Of a DNA stretch of 57,147 nt, positions 8,614 to 17,773 are shown in pieces. The position numbers and the translations under genes were made by a program. The DNA is taken from the IMG/VR virus record IMGVR_UViG_3300031766_002224, positions 1 to 57,147 of that record; one strand, given 5' to 3'. The stretch comes from a virus (Duplodnaviria; Caudoviricetes). Every line of letters begins with the position of its first letter. The stretch's first letter is position 1. The notes below the pieces were generated by a model. It was given only the letters and a program-made list of their open reading frames with translations. It was not told the origin of the DNA and did no database searches.

Positions 8614-11600
8614 CTAAATGTTAACGTACGCGAAGCCATCTCTCTTCTCGATATTAATCTGCATATCTACACAATCTTTTAAACTGTCTAGATGTGAGAT
8701 GAGAAGAACGGTCTTGAAGTATCCCTTGACCATATCTAAGATACGGACGAAGCCTTCCATATTTTCTTCATCGAGAGCAGTTCCTGGCTCATCAAGTATA
8801 AATAGGTCGGACTTAGGTAAACTTGACACAGTTAAGAATGCAAGTCTGATTGCCATTGACGCAATAGTCTTCTCTGCTCCTGAGCCCATTTCTAGTGGCC
8901 TAGGGTCGTGGCTGGCATGTTTGATAAAGATATCAAGCTTATCTTCGTTGTTGGAAATGAATACCTCAAACTCTACAATATTGGTTAATATTTTTGCAAT
9001 CTCTTGATTGATGTATGGTAACCTCTCTTTGATTATTTCGTAAGAGACACCATTCGGGTGACAACATGTCATGAACAAATGGTATGCCGCAAAGTCTTCC
9101 TTGAGAGTTTCATATTCTTGAAAATTTTCTTGAGTGTGTTCCAGTTTTTGCTCTAGCGATCCGTGCTTCTTATGCAATTGCATTACTCTTACTTCGCAGT
9201 TTGACATCTCCTCCTCTTTTATTAGGACGTTCTTTTTAAGTTCCTCTCTCGTTGATAACAGTTGTTTCAGGTTCTCGATTGATTCTTTGTTCTCCTCATA
9301 CTCCAAATTTTTACCTCTAAGCTCTTGAAGTTCCACTTGTTCTTTAAACAAGCAGCTGTCCGCTCTCTCAATCGTCAGTTTACTAGATGATATAGTTGTC
9401 GCTATTTCATTCCTCTTGTCAACCAGTTGATTATATTTGTCTATGTGACTGCTAGTTTTTGCCGGCTCCAGATTGTATATTTCAGCGCCCAGCTCGTTGA
9501 TTTCTTTAGACATTGTCTTCATGGAATCTTCTGCTATCTGCACTAGCGATACGGCTTGATGTGCATCCTTGATGAATTTACAAGTCGGGAACTCTGAGCC
9601 GCATGGAACCTGAGATAGCAAATCTTCCTTTAATCGGTTTGCTGTCTTTGTTTCACCTTCTTTTTTTATTTCCTCAAGTAACAAGTTTAATCTATCTGAG
9701 TGCTCATCTATCAGTTTCTTTTTCTTCTCATAAGACTCGATATGAAATGTTGACAGGAAGTCTTCAATCTTCTCGAACTTTCCTTCGTTCTCCAGTAATC
9801 TTTTTTGAGCCTCAGTCTTTCTTTCAGTTGTCTGCAGAATCACTCTTTCCTTATTTTCGATTTCGCGTGACGTTAGTACTGGGTCTATAATCTCCGCCGG
9901 TACGGACTCAATTCTTGATTGAACCTCGTAGAGTTCCTGCTTTATTTCTTGAGACTCTTCTTTCAATGAGACACAAGTTGCTTTGTTTCCTTCTATCGCC
10001 AACTCACTCTTGGTGATCTCTGACTTTATGGTCTTTATTTGCGTTTCAAAATCCACATTTTCATGACGACGTAATGCCGCTTTAGTTTCAGCTGACGCTT
10101 CCTTGGCCATCTTGAACTTCTTGTCGAAGATTTCTAGGTCCAAGAATTTGGCCAGGAATTCCTTTCTTTTGGTCGAACCTTCGTTTATAAAAGATAATGA
10201 GTCCAACTGAGAAGCCATAGACGTCGCCAGGAAGTCAGGAAGAGTTCCGAAGTACCTTCTAACGTTCTTGTCCGTGTCTTGCCGTGAGGTGCCGTTTAAA
10301 CCGGTGTGGTTGCCAACCATGTCCTTGGCGTAGAATTCAAGGTCAGTAGTGGCCTCTTGGGTCTCTACTCCCTTGAGCCTTTTAGTGTACTTGTCTGATT
10401 TTCTCTCTATGATGTAATCAGTATCATCAACTTTTATTGTCGCTGTTGCGATGCAGTTATCCCTGTTCTGATTGATAATGTTCAAGTTCTTGCGAATGGA
10501 CTTCGAAGTGGAGTTATACATGGAATAGAGAAGGGTATCTACGATAGAAGACTTACCTGAATAATTCTTTCCGAAGATGCCAACAATACCTTCTAATTTT
10601 GTAAAGTCTATCGAATTGCCCTCTCCGTAATTAAAAAGGTTATCCCACTCTAAACTTTGCAGAGACCAGTTGACGTTCCTCATGACATCCTCGTTCTCTT
10701 CTATTTGTTTGTTGTACTCTTTGTTTAGGTTGTAGACCTTTTCCAAAACTTCATCGGTGGCGTCGAACTCCTTTAAGTACTCAGCCATGAGAGCCTCCTG
10801 AGTCTTGAGGTCGCGAAGATCCTGTTTTTGCAACCCCTCCGGTGCGGCCACTTGAATCTGTTTACCAGCTGCCCTGTTAAGATAGGTTACTGACTCGGGT
10901 TTGTATCGATACTTAACTATATCGACAGCCTTGCGAACCTTGTCCAGAGACACGTTGTCGACTGATACGATTCTCAGGCGTGCACCTTCAGGGGGCTTTT
11001 GTCTAGGTAAGTTTCCATTCTTGGTTAAGGCAAGAGTAATGAAAGGCTTTGGATTGTTAAAGGTAATGAGCCTGTTGGAAAAGTTATCTCTATCTTCAAT
11101 ATCCCATAGGAGATAGCCTTTATCCAGTGACTCACCAAAGTTTTGTTGAACGGTAGAACCAGCATACCAAATGCGACCTTCCTTATCTAGTTGTTGTGTT
11201 TTGTGAATATCCCCAAGAAAAGCAAAGTCAAACTCTTCAAAAATTTCGATACTGTGGTCGCCGCCTAGTGTCCAATTCTGGTCTGTCTTAGATTTATCAA
11301 TAGCGCCGTGATATAACGCTATGTTAACTAGGTCATAGTTTGTTGGTTGTACCCAGTTTTCTTCATCAAATACAGATAAAACATTTAGACAAAACTTATC
11401 ATTGATTTTTGTCTCTCCAGCGTTCTTTAGCAGGATAAGATTTGGGTCATTGATGGCTTTTGCGATTGGCGAAAGAGCGTCTTGCCTAGAGCCGTTACGA
11501 AGGTTGCCGTCGTGATTGCCCAAGATAACATAGGTCGGTGCAATTGCCGCGAGGTTCTGAAAGAAATCCCTACACATGTCTACAAACTCTGGTGAGATTT

Positions 11601-11751
11601 GTGTCTTGGTGTGGGCGATGTCTCCGCAGTGGATAATGTAATCCACCTTCTCTTCTTTTAGTGATTTATAAAGCTGTTGAAATACGTCTTTGTATTCAAA
11701 ATGATATTTTAAGTTTCGGATGTGTGTATCCGCGATATGAGCAAATCTCAT
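8614..11751 (-). CDS. Fused Mre11/SbcD nuclease and Rad50/SbcC SMC-type ATPase (T4 gp47+gp46-like)
   Basis: Phosphoesterase motifs HIADTH, CGD, GNHD, GDIH; then Walker A GKNYSGKSS, long coiled coil, signature GSGAE, Walker B ILDEP and LISH, all in one 1045-aa ORF. Confidence 0.92.
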   Translation of the reverse strand: MRFAHIADTHIRNLKYHFEYKDVFQQLYKSLKEEKVDYIIHCGDIAHTKTQISPEFVDMCRDFFQNLAAIAPTYVILGNHDGNLRNGSRQDALSPIAKAINDPNLILLKNAGETKINDKFCLNVLSVFDEENWVQPTNYDLVNIALYHGAIDKSKTDQNWTLGGDHSIEIFEEFDFAFLGDIHKTQQLDKEGRIWYAGSTVQQNFGESLDKGYLLWDIEDRDNFSNRLITFNNPKPFITLALTKNGNLPRQKPPEGARLRIVSVDNVSLDKVRKAVDIVKYRYKPESVTYLNRAAGKQIQVAAPEGLQKQDLRDLKTQEALMAEYLKEFDATDEVLEKVYNLNKEYNKQIEENEDVMRNVNWSLQSLEWDNLFNYGEGNSIDFTKLEGIVGIFGKNYSGKSSIVDTLLYSMYNSTSKSIRKNLNIINQNRDNCIATATIKVDDTDYIIERKSDKYTKRLKGVETQEATTDLEFYAKDMVGNHTGLNGTSRQDTDKNVRRYFGTLPDFLATSMASQLDSLSFINEGSTKRKEFLAKFLDLEIFDKKFKMAKEASAETKAALRRHENVDFETQIKTIKSEITKSELAIEGNKATCVSLKEESQEIKQELYEVQSRIESVPAEIIDPVLTSREIENKERVILQTTERKTEAQKRLLENEGKFEKIEDFLSTFHIESYEKKKKLIDEHSDRLNLLLEEIKKEGETKTANRLKEDLLSQVPCGSEFPTCKFIKDAHQAVSLVQIAEDSMKTMSKEINELGAEIYNLEPAKTSSHIDKYNQLVDKRNEIATTISSSKLTIERADSCLFKEQVELQELRGKNLEYEENKESIENLKQLLSTREELKKNVLIKEEEMSNCEVRVMQLHKKHGSLEQKLEHTQENFQEYETLKEDFAAYHLFMTCCHPNGVSYEIIKERLPYINQEIAKILTNIVEFEVFISNNEDKLDIFIKHASHDPRPLEMGSGAEKTIASMAIRLAFLTVSSLPKSDLFILDEPGTALDEENMEGFVRILDMVKGYFKTVLLISHLDSLKDCVDMQINIEKRDGFAYVNI

Positions 11752-11781
11752 TTATTCTCCATGAATAATTGTTATGCTCTA

Positions 11782-11810
11782 AGTATAGCAGGGTTTGGTA
11801 GGCGTGTCAA
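11782..11810 (-). promoter_or_regulatory. Consensus sigma70-type promoter
   Basis: TTGACA (11810-11805), 17-nt spacer, TATACT (11787-11782) with extended -10 TGn; about 30 nt upstream of the Mre11-Rad50 ATG. Confidence 0.85.
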
Positions 11811-11981
11811 CTAAATTCTTTTGAGGCCAAGCTCTTCTAGTTGAATTGGTGTAAGTTTCTCAAGAATAATAGCGAATGCTTTCTTTTCTGATTCGGTAAT
11901 CATGTTGAGGTCACCTGTTTCTGCTAAGTGGTTCATCTCTTCTGCGATGATTTCTTTTAGTCTTCTTTTTGTAAGTTCCAT
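11811..11981 (-). CDS. Unannotated 56-aa protein MELTKRRLKEIIAEEMNHLAETGDLNMITESEKKAFAIILEKLTPIQLEELGLKRI
   Basis: ATG at 11981 with GGAG RBS, TAG at 11811-11813; below the ORF-track length cutoff. Confidence 0.75.
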   Translation of the reverse strand: MELTKRRLKEIIAEEMNHLAETGDLNMITESEKKAFAIILEKLTPIQLEELGLKRI

Positions 11982-11983
11982 TG

Positions 11984-12226
11984 TTATTCTCCTTTGCCTT
12001 TTGGTCGAGATTCTTCTAGTGCAAGCAAAATTAAGTCCATTGTATCGTAAATAATTCCAAATCTATCAAGGTTTTTTTTCTGCTCGGTGTTTCCGGTGGC
12101 TGATTTCATCTTCAAGCCATCTAAGCGGGCTCTTGCCTTTTGAAGATATACGTCTGATTCACTCTGTTCCAACATGACTGACTGCATTTCTTCTTTTATA
12201 ATATTAGTGAGTTCTGATTTTTTCAT
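11984..12226 (-). CDS. Small protein with N-terminal MKKSELTNIIKEE motif
   Basis: 80 aa, AGGAG RBS, ACTATTTA about 30 nt upstream. Confidence 0.75.
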   Translation of the reverse strand: MKKSELTNIIKEEMQSVMLEQSESDVYLQKARARLDGLKMKSATGNTEQKKNLDRFGIIYDTMDLILLALEESRPKGKGE

Positions 12227-12236
12227 TATTGTGCTC

Positions 12237-13154
12237 CTAGAAATCTAATTTATAATGTAAATAGTCTAAATCGGATACAATATCCGCATTTTGTTTTCGC
12301 TCTTCTACAATTTCTACTGGCATTTCTCCGATGTCTGCGTATGGCGTAATCTTGATCGACATGGCATTTATTCCGTATTCTCTTAACCTCTTCGCTATTC
12401 CGAACTCTTTGTCTTTCACGTCATCGTCGAGAGCCAGGTAGACATTTGGCTTTCTTTCGCAGATTTTCTGGAATAGAATTGAATTTTCCCGAAGTGTTGA
12501 ACCAAGTAAAGGAATTGCGTTTCGACACTTCATTGCGTCAAACACGCCCTCTACCAAGATTATGTCACTATCCCAGTCAATGTTCAATCCATTAAAGATA
12601 ATGTCCTTACTTACTTTTGGGTTCTTGTACTTCATCCAGTCATCCGTATAAGATCTAGCAATAAAGAAGTTTAAGTTTCCATGAACGTCGAAAGAGGGAA
12701 CGATTACCCTATCTTGGTATTCTCCAAAATCACAAAAGCCTATTTTCCAAGCCAGGATGTCGGTGTCTGTAAACCCTCTAGAGTAAAGGTAGTTAAGTGC
12801 TTTTCGTTTTACTCTTGTCTTTTTACCTGTAAGTGTTTGGAAGTTCTCTGGTAAATCGATTACCTGAGGTGGTAGTTCTTCTTGCTCTGCAAAAATAGTG
12901 TCGTACTTATCTAGGTCGACTTCACCCTCAAGCAAACGCCAATCTGCATAGTAGGATGGGGCAAACCTGCGAATGAGTGGGGAAATTTTAGTCCCTGAGT
13001 AATCACAAATCCAACACTTAAAAACTCCTTTATCGATATTTACTGAGAGTTTTAGCTTGTGGTGGTTGCACTTAGGGCAATGGAATTGATGCTCTTCTTC
13101 GTTAGTCCAACAATTGCCAAGGGCCCTTTTAAGTAGTTTTAGTTTCTCCGACAA
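12237..13154 (-). CDS. DNA primase (Zn finger plus TOPRIM; DnaG/T4 gp61-like)
   Basis: CPKC...FKCWIC zinc finger, YLYSRG, RVIVP, KYKNP, LVEGVFD and LALDDD TOPRIM motifs. Confidence 0.9.
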   Translation of the reverse strand: MSEKLKLLKRALGNCWTNEEEHQFHCPKCNHHKLKLSVNIDKGVFKCWICDYSGTKISPLIRRFAPSYYADWRLLEGEVDLDKYDTIFAEQEELPPQVIDLPENFQTLTGKKTRVKRKALNYLYSRGFTDTDILAWKIGFCDFGEYQDRVIVPSFDVHGNLNFFIARSYTDDWMKYKNPKVSKDIIFNGLNIDWDSDIILVEGVFDAMKCRNAIPLLGSTLRENSILFQKICERKPNVYLALDDDVKDKEFGIAKRLREYGINAMSIKITPYADIGEMPVEIVEERKQNADIVSDLDYLHYKLDF

Positions 13155-13668
13155 CCTTATCTCCCGCCAGTGCTATTATAATACTGTCACACAGATCGTA
13201 CATCCCTGGCTTGGGATTTCCATGCTTTGTATATTGTATCTTAATTTGTGGGTAGTTGTCAAGAACAAATTGAAGAACCTTTTCTTTGGAGTTCTCACCC
13301 CTTTTGATTTCTACACCTGCTTTTTTCCTGGCCGAGGTGGCGCCTATCATCTGTGGTTGGATTTTAAAATTCTCGAAACACAACCAAGACACTATACCAT
13401 TAAACCTGGATAATGTCGATAAAGTTTTTGCTGAGGAGAATCCTGAACGGAAAGATTGTAGCGATTGTTCTATAAAGATCTCTTCTATCTCGTGCCGCGA
13501 TTGGATGTCTAAAAGATTTTGCTTGATGAGTTTTGCTTTTTCGTAAAGAGTCGGGAAGTACCTTTTGTTTCTTGTGTCCCAGTAGAAACTATCAATTATT
13601 TTACCATCACACAAGACAGTGGCGCCTGTTATGGACGTCGATATATCAAGACCTAGAATTGTTTTCAT
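13129..13668 (-). CDS. RuvC-like Holliday junction resolvase
   Basis: ILGLDISTSITG, IFIEQ and C-terminal D-x-x-D (DLCDS) RNase H-fold acidic residues. Confidence 0.8.
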   Translation of the reverse strand: MKTILGLDISTSITGATVLCDGKIIDSFYWDTRNKRYFPTLYEKAKLIKQNLLDIQSRHEIEEIFIEQSLQSFRSGFSSAKTLSTLSRFNGIVSWLCFENFKIQPQMIGATSARKKAGVEIKRGENSKEKVLQFVLDNYPQIKIQYTKHGNPKPGMYDLCDSIIIALAGDKVVGETKTT

Positions 13669-14305
13669 GTATTTTCTCCAGAAGTTCGCTTAGTATCTGT
13701 TCTTTTCTTGCAGGGTCATCGCAAAAAAACCAGTGCCAGACCATAGTTGATTCTATACGACTTAGTTCTGCTTTTATACTACTAATTTCTTGTTGCGCCT
13801 TTTTTAGGCGCGCGCTTGAAATTTCTGGAACCTCCATCTCCATTTCCATTGCAATATCTGCCAAGGCCATTAAATCATTTTCTTCTAGCGCGGCTCTTGC
13901 TCGAGAATATAATTCCAGTTTGTTATCTTTATCGGGGCCTGGTGGGAGTTCTTCTAGTTTGTCGGGGTGTATGCTTGTCGCGATTTGCCGGAATAGTTTC
14001 TTAACTTCGGGGTCCACATTACTTTGGTAGGACTTTGTATCTTCTCCAGGAGGATGTGGGGATGTGTTGTTAACTTCTTGTTTTTTGTTATTGTTCTCTT
14101 CGGTATCTGGAGTGATTGCAGTCTCGATGTCCGTGCCCCGTTCTTTCTCTTTTTTTGTTTCTGTCGAGTACTCTTTTCTGTATTTCTCATCTACAATGGC
14201 GCCGGCGGAATGTAAAATTTCTTTTGAAACTTTAAGCTCTGATTTGAGTGATGATAATTTTACCACCAAAAGTTTCATTTTTCTTTTTTTAAAGTGAGCC
14301 TTCAT
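13646..14305 (-). CDS. J-domain (DnaJ-like) co-chaperone protein
   Basis: VKKLFRQIATSIHPDK helix II plus HPD motif, flanked by coiled coils. Confidence 0.8.
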   Translation of the reverse strand: MKAHFKKRKMKLLVVKLSSLKSELKVSKEILHSAGAIVDEKYRKEYSTETKKEKERGTDIETAITPDTEENNNKKQEVNNTSPHPPGEDTKSYQSNVDPEVKKLFRQIATSIHPDKLEELPPGPDKDNKLELYSRARAALEENDLMALADIAMEMEMEVPEISSARLKKAQQEISSIKAELSRIESTMVWHWFFCDDPARKEQILSELLEKIHENNSRS

Positions 14306-15490
14306 TCAAAAGTCAATACCCATCTTAATCATGTACTCCCTCTTTTCTGTTTTTTTGATTGGAGTCGCTAGCGTTGCGATAGCAATGAGATTTTTGTCTT
14401 TATCGTATATACCTACCTTAGATATGTACGTAACGTTTTCAAAATCTTCTTCATGATCCGAATAGGGTGACTTGTTTGTTTTCTTTGTGTTTCTTATTCT
14501 TTCTGTATATGAGGACGAAGTGAAGTCGTACGATTTTTCTTCTGTCTTTTCTAAAAAGGTTGGATTAGAAGAGAGGTTCATCTCCCCCTCTCTAGAAAAT
14601 GCATACATCGTCAATGTTGGGATTTTGTTTATTCCTTTGAAGTCTACAGTGTATGCTGACCCTGTCACGCTTCCGTGACTCAACGTTGTGCCGCCTTGGG
14701 TTATTCCTGTTCCGAAATTAGTCCATGACGGCGATGATAGAGCGGAAGTGGACTTATAGTAATCAGTGTAACTAGGGTCTAGAGCCGTCGATGAGGTGAG
14801 CAAGATTAACCCCTGATTATAGACTACGTTACCTATAGTGTGTCCAGTTGTTGTCCCTGACACTTGTATCAGTCTCCCATCTTTATTTATGTCTTGCGCC
14901 TCGGCTAAGAGCGTCCCTGTAACTGAATATCTTAATTTTATACTTCCCTTTTCTATCCCGGAGCCGCAGAATATTCCCGGTACACACACCATGTTTATTT
15001 CTGAGGTTCCCAATGTTCCATAGGTCAAGCCGTTACTAAAACTTCCTTGCGTTCTTATAACATTTGCTAGCGCTCTGACATACTTCTTATTATTGTGAGC
15101 TGGCGCCGCAGAGGAGCTAAATTCGGGCCCCGCGGGAACATAGATTCTGCTAAGAGAGGATGTCACTGGATACTGTTGAGTTAATGTGTCCCCATATGCA
15201 AATTGAGCTTCGTCATCAAAGTTGCTGGTGCTTACGCTTTTGTATGAATACCGGGTGCTGTCTTTTTTTATGAAGGAATGTATCAACGACCCGGATGGCC
15301 TGTTGATGTTTAATTCGTGAAGACTTACTTCTCCGGACTTGATGTGTTTAATGTTATTTGAGAAGTTACCGGTATGCATGCGCTGCTTTTGCAAATATAC
15401 GGTGCCGCTGTGGATTATGAAGTTGAAGTCCGGCTTGGCAACAATAGTGTTGTATATTAAGTCTTTTGGCTCAAACCTTTTGAACTTCAT
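14306..15490 (-). CDS. Virion structural protein with tail-collar-like C-terminal motif
   Basis: SSNPTF...TYISKVGIYDKDKNLIAIATLATPIKK...KMGIDF; paralogous to 15493..16584. Confidence 0.65.
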   Translation of the reverse strand: MKFKRFEPKDLIYNTIVAKPDFNFIIHSGTVYLQKQRMHTGNFSNNIKHIKSGEVSLHELNINRPSGSLIHSFIKKDSTRYSYKSVSTSNFDDEAQFAYGDTLTQQYPVTSSLSRIYVPAGPEFSSSAAPAHNNKKYVRALANVIRTQGSFSNGLTYGTLGTSEINMVCVPGIFCGSGIEKGSIKLRYSVTGTLLAEAQDINKDGRLIQVSGTTTGHTIGNVVYNQGLILLTSSTALDPSYTDYYKSTSALSSPSWTNFGTGITQGGTTLSHGSVTGSAYTVDFKGINKIPTLTMYAFSREGEMNLSSNPTFLEKTEEKSYDFTSSSYTERIRNTKKTNKSPYSDHEEDFENVTYISKVGIYDKDKNLIAIATLATPIKKTEKREYMIKMGIDF

Positions 15491-15492
15491 TT

Positions 15493-16584
15493 TTAATAAT
15501 CCAAACGGACCCTCAGCGTCAACTCGTTTGTTGGATCTTTCCTTAGGGGCTCAGAGAGTTTTGCGACAGCCAACAATTCGTTGTCGTGAGAATACAAACC
15601 TACAGTGGTAACGTAAGAGCGCGGCAAGTTAAAATGCTCGTTTGTACCAGGATTTGTTTTAACTCTTATTTTACTTCCGCTCAAATATGTCGGGTTTGAA
15701 CTATAATTAAATTCTGTATTGTTTGCTCTGCAAAAATATATCGTAGAGTTAAGCTCCGTCGTGTTGCTGAACTGTATGTTTTTTACTCTTCTTCTGAATG
15801 AGTCAGCCATGATGTCGATGGTGGAACCTGTCAGAACGTCTTCGACGTTTCCGACGCCCGGGCGCATTTCGACAGTCGATGGAAATACAGAGGATGACAA
15901 GATTGCGACGCCGGCTTGATAATAAATTAGGCCTACGTTAGTTGCTCCGGAGACCAACAATCCATATTCGCCTGCTGGTGAGTTTATTTTATAGGAACTG
16001 ACAGACCCAGAGTCTGTTATCATAACTTGTTCGCCACCTGAGGCGGTTGCGAATGGAGTCATCCATGAACCGGTTCCAAGTTCCAAGGAAAAACTTCCTT
16101 TCTTTATTTCGTCTTTAACAAGCAGCCTAGAGAAATTCAAGAATATGGCGTTGTCATGCTTAACTGATGATGCTTCTGAAAGGTCTCCGTCTTGGTCAAA
16201 CCTGCGCACTATACTAGAAGTGTTAAACCCGGACAAAACCTGGGCCATCTGCGTGTATATGTTTACCTTCTTCGATAACTGAGATGTTGCTGCTGTTGCG
16301 ACAGTAGAGGCAGAAAGTGATGAGTTACCTATGGCTGCGCCTGACGCTGTGCTGAATCCAGCAGTAATATCAAAAATATGATTTGCTGACGAACTTATAT
16401 AAGGATAATCATATACTGACTGAAACATTCCGTGAGAGAAAGTTTTTATATTCACTTCTCTCCCTGAGCTGTCCACGTTATATGTTCCTGAAATGAGACT
16501 TCCCGTGATTGGTATACTCTCATGTAATAAGGTTCTAGATGTTGTCTTGTCTGTCTGCGTTAATGTTTTAAACGAAATTGCCAT
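15493..16584 (-). CDS. Virion structural protein with tail-collar-like C-terminal motif
   Basis: SSNPTY...SYVTTVGLYSHDNELLAVAKLSEPLRK...RVRLDY; Ser/Thr/Gly-rich. Confidence 0.7.
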   Translation of the reverse strand: MAISFKTLTQTDKTTSRTLLHESIPITGSLISGTYNVDSSGREVNIKTFSHGMFQSVYDYPYISSSANHIFDITAGFSTASGAAIGNSSLSASTVATAATSQLSKKVNIYTQMAQVLSGFNTSSIVRRFDQDGDLSEASSVKHDNAIFLNFSRLLVKDEIKKGSFSLELGTGSWMTPFATASGGEQVMITDSGSVSSYKINSPAGEYGLLVSGATNVGLIYYQAGVAILSSSVFPSTVEMRPGVGNVEDVLTGSTIDIMADSFRRRVKNIQFSNTTELNSTIYFCRANNTEFNYSSNPTYLSGSKIRVKTNPGTNEHFNLPRSYVTTVGLYSHDNELLAVAKLSEPLRKDPTNELTLRVRLDY

Positions 16585-16628
16585 TTTTTTCTCCTACGTA
16601 AACTTTTAATTCATTTAAGGCTTCTCAA

Positions 16629-17654
16629 TTAAGAAAAGGTGCCCTTTATTATTCTTATCGGGATGTCTATCGAGAAACCGGTTGTTGCGCCGGCAATCGA
16701 GATTGTTGTATCTATATACTTATAATTTAATGTCTGACCTCTATATGCTAGCCCGGTGGCTGATGCGCCAATCTCGTTGAACAAGCTATCACCTCTAGAA
16801 ACCAAGTTGGAAGCTCTAGGCACCAGTCTAAGTACTGACCCTAGAGGCCCGTCGAAAACTTCATAGTCGTCATAAGTTGCCAACTCCGTTTGATCTCGAG
16901 CTTGGCTGATATCGTGTCTCCTGCGGACGCCGATTCTGTCTCTTGGTCCAAATATTGTAGAGTTGTCCTGTGAATCAACAATATAATAAGTGGCTATTCC
17001 GTCGTCATCAATGAATTGGTGATTCAGCTGCATTGAGCGCCCTACGTTCCCCTGAAAAGCGAAAGGGAGGCCATCTAGTGTTAACAGTCGATGGTCGACT
17101 TTAACAATAAACGCTCTTTCTAACAATTCCCCAGGGAGGGTGTCCGCGATTGTCATACTCGAATCTCCAGAGTCGATGCCCTGGTCTATACATATGTGAG
17201 TCGTTACAGGGGAGAGTCCTCCGCGAGCGCCATTAAGGACGCCGGCGTCAGGGTCCTGCAAATTGCCGGCTGCTGGCTGTCCCGCTTCAAATGTCTTTGT
17301 ATCTGTCATGAGGTAAAAACCCGGAAATGTCGAATATGGTTTATGTGCAGGGTCTGTGCCATTGACCTTAAGAGATGGCATATACAGCAAACTGTCGTCT
17401 ACGAGTGTCATCAATCTAGATTTCATAAGGGACTGGTCACTTGTAAATGCTTCCAGGAGCGGTGTTTGCATTATTTCCAAATCATAAAATGCCGACCCTC
17501 TCGAATCACTTGGGGCCCAGAGTCCATAATTTATCTCTTCGTCTCCCAGAGCGAACTTTGCTATGTTAAAATTACCTGCTGCTAGGCGCTTCCTACCCAG
17601 GTCTGTTAATACGGCATCAAGTATGATATCGCCGGAATTGTCTAAAAATGACAT
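16629..17654 (-). CDS. Virion structural protein with tail-collar-like N-terminal motif
   Basis: DAVLTDLGRKRLAAGNFNIAKFALGDEEINY resembles the start of tail-collar fibre domains. Confidence 0.65.
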   Translation of the reverse strand: MSFLDNSGDIILDAVLTDLGRKRLAAGNFNIAKFALGDEEINYGLWAPSDSRGSAFYDLEIMQTPLLEAFTSDQSLMKSRLMTLVDDSLLYMPSLKVNGTDPAHKPYSTFPGFYLMTDTKTFEAGQPAAGNLQDPDAGVLNGARGGLSPVTTHICIDQGIDSGDSSMTIADTLPGELLERAFIVKVDHRLLTLDGLPFAFQGNVGRSMQLNHQFIDDDGIATYYIVDSQDNSTIFGPRDRIGVRRRHDISQARDQTELATYDDYEVFDGPLGSVLRLVPRASNLVSRGDSLFNEIGASATGLAYRGQTLNYKYIDTTISIAGATTGFSIDIPIRIIKGTFS

Positions 17655-17685
17655 TATAGTGCTCCTTTTTGTTTAAAATCATTAA

Positions 17686-17693
17686 TAAATAGT
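17686..17693 (-). promoter_or_regulatory. ACTATTTA candidate late promoter
   Basis: Intergenic, about 32 nt upstream of the 17654 start. Confidence 0.55.
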
Positions 17694-17773
17694 ATTTTAT
17701 TAAAGAATAATTCTTTTTATTTGCGTTAGTTTCGCCGCCTGTCGGTGTCCCCACTGACAACCAAAGTATCTTT

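Noticed and set aside
17740-17759. Imperfect hairpin in the 17655-17773 intergenic gap, considered as a terminator or ncRNA
   Set aside because: It has an A-C mismatch on the coding strand and no U-tract; support is too weak.
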